Assembly (NCBI RefSeq): GCF_001186125.1
Contig: NW_014039774.1
Span: 10,117 to 43,128 of the forward strand
DNA length: 33,012 nt
Direction: 5' to 3'
DNA from: Sphaeroforma arctica JP610
Lineage: Eukaryota
Shown here: one piece after another, positions 24,083-33,012 of the stretch
How positions within the stretch are numbered: the first letter of the stretch is position 1
How the letters are laid out: each line of letters opens with the position of its first letter
Position numbers and translations under genes: made by a program
Notes under the pieces: model-generated
The model's input: the letters and a program-made list of their open reading frames with translations, nothing else
Database searches by the model: none
Told to the model about the DNA's origin: nothing

Positions 24083-27000
24083 TTACAGGTATATACATAT
24101 GTTACTTTTTGTATGTTCAAGTGAAATGTATCGATGTATATACAATTCATTCTCACATATATTGTATATAACGTATTCAGCGTATAGATAAACTCCCAGA
24201 AGTATATACGCATCCGAAGACTGATGCACAGTTTATTCTTCGGTTTCAGTTGATCGTCTCTGCTGCATCTCTGGTACATACACTAATCTATCAACCATAT
24301 CTCTATCATTCTCATATCCCCCACACAGTCTCTGCTGCATCTCTGGTACATACACTGATCTATCAACCATACTTTATAATTCCCATTAACCCCACACAGT
24401 CTGTGCTGCATCTGCGGTACATACACTGATCTATCAAACATATCTCTATCATTCCCATTACCCCCACACAGTCTGTGCTGCATCTGTAGTACATACTCTA
24501 ATCTATCAACCATATCTTTGTCATTCCCATTACCCCCGCACAGTCTGTGCTGCATCTGTGGTACATACACTGATCTATCAACCATATCTCTATCATTCCC
24601 ATTACCCCCACACAGTCTGTGCTGCATCTGCGGTACATCCATCGCACCCAATGATGCCAACATGTGTGTGCCGTGTATCCGCTCACGCGTGGATATCACT
24701 GAGGGCATTCCCAAGCAGATGACTATCTACTTCTGCCGTGGCTGCGATAGGTATGTCTGGAGCTGGGTTGAATGGGTCTAGAGTTGTAGTAGGAGGTGAG
24801 TGTGCGGTTGTAGGTATATGTTTAGTATCGTTCATCAGTAGATGGTTTGTACTTCTTCCGTGCTTGTGACTGTGAAGTGTGATGGTGGATCAAATTAATG
24901 AATCATCCCGGGATTGACGTATATGATGATGAAGCATATGCACATGAATATGAACATTCACATGTTTATCTACATATCTGTATAAATATCCATATGTATA
25001 TGTATATACTTGTACATTCATGTGCTTACATCTCATGTTGACAAAATATCTGTGCCGCCCAGCACATTAGAGTCGTGCCTGATGTGGAGTTGTATAGACT
25101 ATTTGCTTCGTGTGTTGGTTGCCTTGCTGTTCATATAGACGTTCAAATCTATATAGTTTTACACGCACACCCATATATATATATACATATATATATATAT
25201 ATTATAGATATAGATATATATATATATGTGTGTATATATGTATCTATATCTATATCTATATCTATAATATATATACATATCTATATATATATATATTATA
25301 GATATAGATATATATATATATAATATTTTTAGATTTAGATATTCACATTTACCTCTGTTACCCAACTAGATATCTACAGCCCCCAGAGCACTGGATTGCC
25401 TGTGACTTAGAGTCGCGTGAGTTGCTAGCCTTGTGTTTAAAGCGTCTCAAAGGTCTCAACAAAGTGCGGCTGATCGATGCAGGCTTCATCTGGACTGAGC
25501 CGCATTCTAAACGCATCAAGGTCAAAGTGACTATTCAGAAGGAGGCCTTTGCGGATACGGTCTTGCAACAGGTGTGTGCCGGAGGACGTGTTTGTATACC
25601 ATTGCGCCCGGGTTTACCTGCATAGATGCAGATATATGTGTGGAATCATATCCGTGTATGTGCATATTTGTGTGCGGGTGTATCGTGTAAGTGTGTTTGT
25701 GGTTGCATATGTGTTTGTACCTGATCTGCTCAGTAAACTATACTTGAGAGCACGATAATCAGTGGCAAGGCACAAGCGGGCCTTCGATGGTTTTTGCTGT
25801 ACCACGATTACCGAGATGACACGCATACATCCTCAATCTCGCGGACTCGAATGCTACATTATTCACACCCGCGTCTCTGATATCCTATCAGGAATACGGA
25901 AAACACATTCTTCCCGCACACACACACGCGCGCGCAAGCACACACGTACACACACACATGCACACACACACATTATATCTCCTGTTATAATAATGGAGAA
26001 GGCGATGGCGTTCGCAGTGCACAGTCAGACGCTGTGGTAACTGTCGCAGAGCCACCGCCAAAGATCAAACGATACAAACGGACTCAATGACAGCCGCATT
26101 CACTTTGTAACGTGCGATTCACACGCATGAACCCTCTAGTGCACTACCTCAGCATACGGATATAGTACACCTCTGACACACACTCACGATCTCTCCTGTA
26201 CATCTTCAGACGAATGAATCTCTAATGTATTACTTCAACATACGTATGTAGTATATTACTGGCACCACTACCCTCTGACTCTATAGAAACTTGAGCCTAA
26301 AATATATTACCACAACATACGTATGTAGCATACTTCTGACACACCCTTTCTCTCATTGTCATATGCGTCTCTGCAGGAGTTTGTGGTGGAGTTCACGGTG
26401 CACAATCAGACGTGTGACGATTGTCATAGAACCGCCGCCAAAGATCATTGGAATGCCGTAGTACAGCTCAGACAGAAGGTCAATCACAAGCGTACATTCT
26501 ACTACCTGGAACAGCTGATCATCAAGCATCGTAAGTACATATCATTTTAAAGATGCTCTAAAGCATGGTATATATATATATATATATCTTTCCCACCACC
26601 ACATATCTTGTGCAATACACATACATTCACGCTGCAAACTAACCCCAGTAACACACACACGTATGATCGATATGTTCTGTTCACACAGGCGCACACACAA
26701 AGACGGTCAACATCAAAGAGTGCGCTGATGGATTGGACTTCTACTTCGAGAGTCGCAGTGACGCTGTAAAGGTACGTATACTCGCAGTAGCGCACACATG
26801 TGTGATTGCTGCTTTGTCTTCACCTATTGATAAACCAATACATCCAACACATCAAAAAAAACCCCATCAGGGCAACACTTAAACCGAACCCAACCGAGTT
26901 TTTCGGTGTCCATCACGCCTTCTACGTATCGCATTGTCATTTATACCTACTCACTCCTCTACTCATCGACATTCCTGCGTTTTTTGCGGTGTTGCGTTGA

Positions 27001-30000
27001 CAGCTGGTGGATTTCCTGGGATCGACCGTGCCCATCAAGATGAAGTCGTCCGAGCGACTCATCTCATCCGATGTACAGAACAGCACAGCCAACTTCAAGT
27101 TCACGCTGAGTGTGGAGATCATGCCCATCTGCAAGGAGGATGCGGTGTGCCTGCCCAAGAAACTGGCCAAGTCTCTGGGATCCATTTCACAGCTGCTGAT
27201 CTGCACGCGTGTAGGTATGTTGTGGGGGGAATGGGGTGTGGTATATCGGCACGGGTTTGGTTCGCCAACGTCGATGCAGCGCTTCTTGTCCTACTTACTG
27301 TCCTACAGATATGGAATTACACTAATGGGACGGACTCACTGATTCTATAGCATTGTGTGTGGGTGGTTAACGTTTTTCTTTCTGCGATCACAAGAAGCTA
27401 ACCCCAACCTAAAACGGTCGGAAGACTTTCGAAGCCCTAATATTGCAAAACGTTCAAACGATATATACATACATATATATATATTGGCTTCTGACATATA
27501 TATCTTTGCACTGTCTGTTGTTCTATTGATAGGTACCAACATAACTCTGATGGACCCCCAGACTCTACAAAATTGCGAGCTGTCAAACAATGTGTTCTGG
27601 CGACAACCCTTCAAAGCCCTGCGATCACATGCCAATCTGTCGGAATATATTGTCTTGGATATCGACCTGTCCGGACAAAGAAAGGGGAAGGTATGCATAC
27701 TCTACCTATCTCGTTTGTGGTTGGTAGAGTTGTCGGTCTGTTTGTAGTTGTTAAAGGAATATATTGTCTTGGATATAGACCTGTCTGGACAAAGAAAGGG
27801 AAAGGTATACATACTATATCTATCTCGTTTGTGGTTGGTAGAGTTGTCGGTCTGTTTGGAGTTGTCGAACAAGCGTGTTCTGGCGACAACCGTTTAAAGC
27901 CATACGATCACATGCCCATCCGTTGGAGTACAATGTCTTGCATAGTGATCTGTATGAATATAGAAGAGCATCCCGTTTACGTACCGCTTCTGGTACGTAA
28001 ACTCGCTGTACTTTCTATGTTCGTCCTTCCTGGAGTCACCTCTGTAGTTTGCTCTGCGTGTACGTTTTCAATCAGCATGTACGTTTGCCATCCTCTGGCC
28101 GATTGTCGTAGTACGCGTTATCTATACCTATATATGCGTACGTTTCCCTTTGTGAAATCGTGTTGATTGCTGTAGTACGTTTTCTACGTTTTCTATTCTA
28201 TTCGTCCGATCGGTCCCTGGTTTGTTCGATCCTGTCGATCGTTGTCGTTTTCTCTTTACGTTTTTCAATCCATTCATACGTTGTATTCTGTTTGTTTCGG
28301 CCGTATAGATTGTTGTATCCTCCATACGTTTCTCAATCTATGCGTACATCACTCCCTATTTGGTGCATACGTATCGATTGTTGGAGTACGTTTTCTGCCT
28401 AAGTTTTCAATACATTCGTACGTTAAACATCATTTGGTATATTCCTGTAGTACGCTCTGGCGGATGTGGAGGTAGCACGCGCGTGCGACTTCGGCGTAAA
28501 CGACAACACGTATATGACCAAGACACACATTGGCCATCTGCTCAACGTAGGAGACAGGTAAGGACAATGTATATAAATATATATATATATACATACATAC
28601 ATACATATATATATATACATATACATACATACATATATATAGATATTCATCTACATATATATATATATCAATTTATAATAAATAAATATATATATATATG
28701 TTTATGTATATGTATATATATGAATACATACTATATATANNNNNNNNNNNNNNNNNNNNNNNNNNNNNNNNNNNNNNNNNNNNNNNNNNNNNNNNNNNNN
28801 NNNNNNNNNNNNNNNNNNNNNNNNNNNNNNNNNNNNNNNNNNNNNNNNNNNNNNNNNNNNNNNNNNNNNNNNNNNNNNNNNNNNNNNNNNNNNNNNNNNN
28901 NNNNNNNNNNNNNNNNNNNNNNNNNNNNNNNNNNNNNNNNNNNNNNNNNNNNNNNNNNNNNNNNNNNNNNNNNNNNNNNNNNNNNNNNNNNNNNNNNNNN
29001 NNNNNNNNNNNNNNNNNNNNNNNNNNNNNNNNNNNNNNNNNNNNNNNNNNNNNNNNNNNNNNNNNNNNNNNNNNNNNNNNNNNNNNNNNNNNNNNNNNNN
29101 NNNNNNNNNNNNNNNNNNNNNNNNNNNNNNNNNNNNNNNNNNNNNNNNNNNNNNNNNNNNNNNNNNNNNNNNNNNNNNNNNNNNNNNNNNNNNNNNNNNN
29201 NNNNNNNNNNNNNNNNNNNNNNNNNNNNNNNNNNNNNNNNNNNNNNNNNNNNNNNNNNNNNNNNNNNNNNNNNNNNNNNNNNNNNNNNNNNNNNNNNNNN
29301 NNNNNNNNNNNNNNNNNNNNNNNNNNNNNNNNNNNNNNNNNNNNNNNNNNNNNNNATGCGTATTCACATAGTCCGGTATCTTAGACATATACATTGTTGC
29401 ATATCAGTTCTCATTTACGTAATTTTTACGTAAATTATATTCCTCGCAGCGCTATGGGTTACGATCTGACCTTTATCAATGTGAACGACAACGCCTTCGA
29501 GGAACTCGATCCTGCTCGTGTGCCTTATGTTATTCTGGTAAAGAAGCACTACCCTGCAAGACGAAAGGTAAGTATATAAAGTCCAGGACACGGAGTGATG
29601 GTAGTGTGTGAGGTCAAGATATGGAACAGGTGGTAGATATATACTGTTATAGTGGCCTGGAACATATTCGGATTCTTGTGTGGGACTTTGCTTTCTCAGA
29701 TACTGCGGCTATGCACAATTGATTGATGTTGTTTGTGTAGTTCAAGGTGTGATGGAGTCTTCGTAGCAGCATGAGATCCTGACCTGTCTACGAAGAGTTG
29801 TGAATATGGACGTGTTTATATTTATTAATGTGCATGTACACGTAGATGTAGGTATTGCCGACATTCATACTCTAGACTACAATCTTGAAACATTCAGGTT
29901 AACAAGAAACGTTTCTGGAAGCTCGAGAATTTGACCAAGATCAAAGAGGATGCCGGTGAGAAGAAAAAGAAGGAGACTAACGAGGAGATGCAATACGAGC

Positions 30001-31138
30001 TGTTCTTGCGAGACTTGGAAGAGAATCCCGAACTCAGAGCGAACGTCAATCTGTATCGGTATGTTGTACTATATATATATAGTATATCTGTTATACATTC
30101 GTTTATTCATCATTTATACTCACGGCTATCATGTTCACATCTCTTTGCACAACCTACAGTGAGGCGGGTGTTGACGAGAATACGCAAACACGTGTTACGC
30201 ACAATGAGGATGGAGAAGAGATTGAGGAAGATTTCCCTGAGGTTGAGCTGACTGAGTTGCTGTCTGCGTTGGCCATAGAAGAGGCTGCCGCTCCCCAGGG
30301 CATGTCCACGCGGCACGAGGTGTGTATACGGGCGTGTATATGTGTATGTATACGCAAGTATTTGTCTGTATTCGTATATGTGTGTATGTATACGTAAGTA
30401 TTTGTCTGTATGCGTATATATGTGTATGTATACGTAAGTATTTGTCTGTATGCGTATGTATGTGTATAGTTCCCACCAATCTGTATGATATTTATGTTAC
30501 GAATGTGCAGGTGTATGTGCATGTGTATGCGCGTGTGACATTGCTGATGTTAGCGATCGGCATGTTTATGTTGGTGGAATACAATGTGTGTCGTGTATGT
30601 TGTTGAGGGTTTTATCTGTGAGTGCTTGAGATTAGTTCGTATGTGGGGTTTCCTGAGGTGGAGCTAGCGGTGCCGCTGATCGGAATACACATTAAGAGAT
30701 GGGTCGTAAACCATCACATACATCCATATGCGCATTACCTTTCAGGGGGGGGCTCATATTGTGTTTGCTCTATATGTAGATATCTATATTATATACATTA
30801 GCATTCATTCCGAACGTTGTATCTATACGGTATCTACCGATTTAGGATCTTAATGAAATTCATCTGTACTCGTGGTTTTAAAGCGAACAGGTTTAGTTGT
30901 AACTAGTCACCAGAACACCCACCGTTCTGAAATCGTCAAGTTACAACTGTCGAAGTACAAATCAATCCTGCATATGTAAATATAGTCCTAAGGCGCTACA
31001 CGCTTATTCTGACCCATTTATCATATTTTTATATTCTTTGTTTTTGTACACGCTTATTCCGACCCATTTATTATATATTAATATTCATTCTTTTTATTGA
31101 TTTAGCCCCTTGGAGAGGATATGGACATGTTGGAGTAG
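23014..31138 (+). CDS. NMD3: 60S ribosomal subunit nuclear export adaptor NMD3
   Basis: Exons 23014-23060, 24616-24750, 25370-25571, 26377-26530, 26689-26771, 27004-27214, 27533-27690, 28451-28557, 29450-29567, 29898-30058, 30160-30319 and a probable terminal exon 31106-31138 (PLGEDMDMLE*, less certain). Motifs: ILCCICG..IAPNDANMCVPCIRSRVDITEGIPKQ, FCRGCDRYLQPP, ESRELLALCLK, LIDAGFIWTEPHSKRIKVK, CDDC..WNAVVQLRQKVNHKRTFYYLEQLI, PICKEDAVCLP, YELFLRDLEENPELRANVNLY, and a C-terminal NES-like ELTELLSALAI. Confidence 0.96.
23635..24080. repeat. (TA)n microsatellite tracts with a 20-N gap
   Basis: Long TA runs in NMD3 intron 1; gap at 23968-23987. Confidence 0.85.
24257..24638 (+). repeat. Tandem array of five 71-72-bp units, each made of the NMD3 exon 2 start plus the intron 3' end
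   Basis: Units start at 24257, 24329, 24400, 24472 and 24544, and the true exon starts at 24616. Each reads tct(g/c)tgctgcatct..gtacatac.ct(a/g)atctatcaa.cata...ccccacacag. Confidence 0.95.
27642..27953 (+). repeat. Direct duplications of the 3' part of NMD3 exon 7 and its donor region
   Basis: 27756-27865 repeats 27642-27751 (114-bp period). 27862-27953 is a more diverged copy of about 27580-27670. Confidence 0.92.
30325..30465. repeat. About 40-bp tandem repeat (x3) at the start of the last NMD3 intron
   Basis: Unit gtatatgtgtatgtatacg(t/c)aagtatttgtctgtat repeated three times. Confidence 0.8.
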
Positions 31139-32829
31139 TGTTCCGAAGTTCGGGCCATCTCGTGTTCGTTGGAGGCTGCGAGTTGTGCTACGCCATACAT
31201 AATAAACCCAGAGCTTAGAAAACGTATTCTAGTTTCAAAAAAATGTAACCGGGCTTTACCTGATATTAGTTTTGATGGAAGTGTTTCATTTACTACACCT
31301 TTAAATGTAATAGGCGGCTACGCCAGATATAATGATATCCCTGAATTAGAAAACCTATTCTTAATTAAAAAACATATTCTGGTCTTGTATTCATACTATG
31401 CTTTCAGTTGAAGATTTCTGTACTATATCGTCGAATGCTAGAGGCTGCTACTGATTTGAATTATTGTTGGATGTATTGAACGTGAATGGTCATTTCTGTT
31501 ATACTATCACTATTTGCATGGTAGAGTGTAAATACAGAAACTATTTACGTTTAGTCTGCGAGTGGTGCAGCGCCGCGTGTAAATAACAGCCTCGACATAG
31601 AAAACGTATCCATCTTTTTGATTTTCTTGACTGAAGAATCGACACCATAGCCTGCCAGTTGTGTTGCGCAATACCTATAGATTCTACGATAGTATTGACG
31701 TTATTAACGCGTTCGTGCTTGTTCGCGTACTATTTTTTAGTCGTAAGCGGATCCACAACCGCCTTTCACCTTAAAAACTTTGGTTTTCGAATTGGCATCG
31801 TACCTCTCAGTAACATGGTTTACTGCCGAGAAGTTATATGATAAAAGTGGGCAATATAGCTACACCCTGGAACCATATTGCATTTAAGTGGACAAAATAG
31901 TTGCATCCTGAAACCATATTGCAATTGCAGGTGTTCAGCATGGTCAAAAACCACGACCAACCCGCACCTCGTTTCAAAACTAGGTGTTAACATTATAGAT
32001 GCATTAGGCTAAACGTTCCTTGGTACGCGATTCGATTATGGAACCTGTTATGGAAGTCTGAATTTTTTTGGGCGGTGTTCAAACCGATTCATTAGGACTT
32101 CAAACTAGCTATTTTTTTACTACACTTTGCAGAACTGTCCCAATGAGACTGATATCCTTACCGCCACTCGTTACCAAAATTGCTTTATGCGGTGTCCAAC
32201 TAGGTTGATGCGGTAGTGAACCGAGTATTTTTGGTATGCAATCGAGTTTATTTAGATCTCAAAACCAAGTTTATTCAGCTGGAAACTCCTTACATTACAG
32301 GCCCGCTACACCGTTGCACGTCCACTACATCGCCTTTGCAAAACCTGCCCGACGCTGATGCGGCATAGCAAAAACCACTCCAACTCGTTCCCGTAATCCC
32401 GAGCTGTATATAAACAATAATAAACGTACAGAAAACGTATCGTCTTATTTTAAAAAGCATGAAAGACATACGTGGTACTAGTTGAACAGTAGGCATTGGC
32501 AGCATCGTGCTGAAACATAACGAATACTACCCCCAAAAAATGAAATAAAAAATGGGCTGTTGGTGGCAGCGGCATAGCAGCAAGAACTTAAAACTCATTT
32601 GGGTAAACCCTAGCTGGTTATAACCCTACAGACAACGTTCAGAGAAAGTAACAAATGACTGACGAATGGTTTGGACGCACAAGTAGGAGAGCACAGAAAT
32701 TAGTTAATACACTATCTACAGAGTTTCATAGAGGGCTTTTAATGTTTTGTACAACGGTGGGTAGATAATACACCCACATTACAGGCACCTGAAGTTTCAA
32801 GGTGAGAAAAATAATGAGCGGTACTTATC

Positions 32830-32894
32830 CATAATATATACATGTATATCTATAATAATACCATAAATGTATATAAACACACACGCACACGCAT

Positions 32895-32935
<41 letters not shown>

Positions 32936-33012
32936 CATATATATATACACACATACATACATACATGCCATATATACATACATACATACATGCCATATAT
33001 ACATATATACAT
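32830..33012. repeat. (CA)n/(TA)n microsatellite tract at the window end
   Basis: Directly visible; resembles the intronic tracts elsewhere in the window. Confidence 0.8.

Noticed and set aside
24400..24615. Array read as 17-nt micro-exons separated by 55-nt GTACAT...CAG mini-introns
   Set aside because: 17 nt does not preserve the frame, and GTACAT is weaker than the donors used in this window (mostly GTATGT, GTAAGT, GTACGT, GTGTGT).
24257..24638. CRISPR-like array, or the antisense repeat ORF 24283-24714
   Set aside because: The units are whole tandem copies without unique spacers, there are no cas genes and the context is eukaryotic. The antisense ORF is a by-product of the 72-bp period.
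31169..32505. Short ORFs downstream of NMD3 (31169-31411, 31659-31841, 32290-32505)
   Set aside because: No recognisable family or consistent exon chain; treated as UTR or intergenic DNA.

Overview
Eukaryotic, intron-rich genomic DNA with GT-AG introns, abundant (TA)n/(CA)n/(TACA)n microsatellites and five N-gaps. The protein families fit an opisthokont, and the style resembles a unicellular holozoan such as an ichthyosporean, which is only an inference. I reconstructed exon chains by hand, checking splice phase at each junction, for four conserved genes: a 5'-truncated VIP36/LMAN2-type L-lectin (+, 319-5203), the pyruvate dehydrogenase E2 subunit DLAT (+, 10402-15548), the 40S biogenesis factor LTV1 (-, 16106-22375) and the 60S export adaptor NMD3 (+, 23014-31138). 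LTV1 and NMD3 are head-to-head. There is also an F-box/ankyrin-repeat gene carrying two lesions (probable pseudogene, 6532-7884). Most ORFs in the supplied track are microsatellite or gap artefacts. The most unusual signal is a pervasive set of 'exon echoes': short, same-orientation, degenerate copies of exon ends, usually with the adjoining splice site, lying next to their source exon in all four conserved genes. These include a 72-bp acceptor array before NMD3 exon 2 and a synonymous-only 48-nt duplicate of the end of NMD3 exon 7. No prokaryotic-type system, RNA gene or intact transposon is supported.
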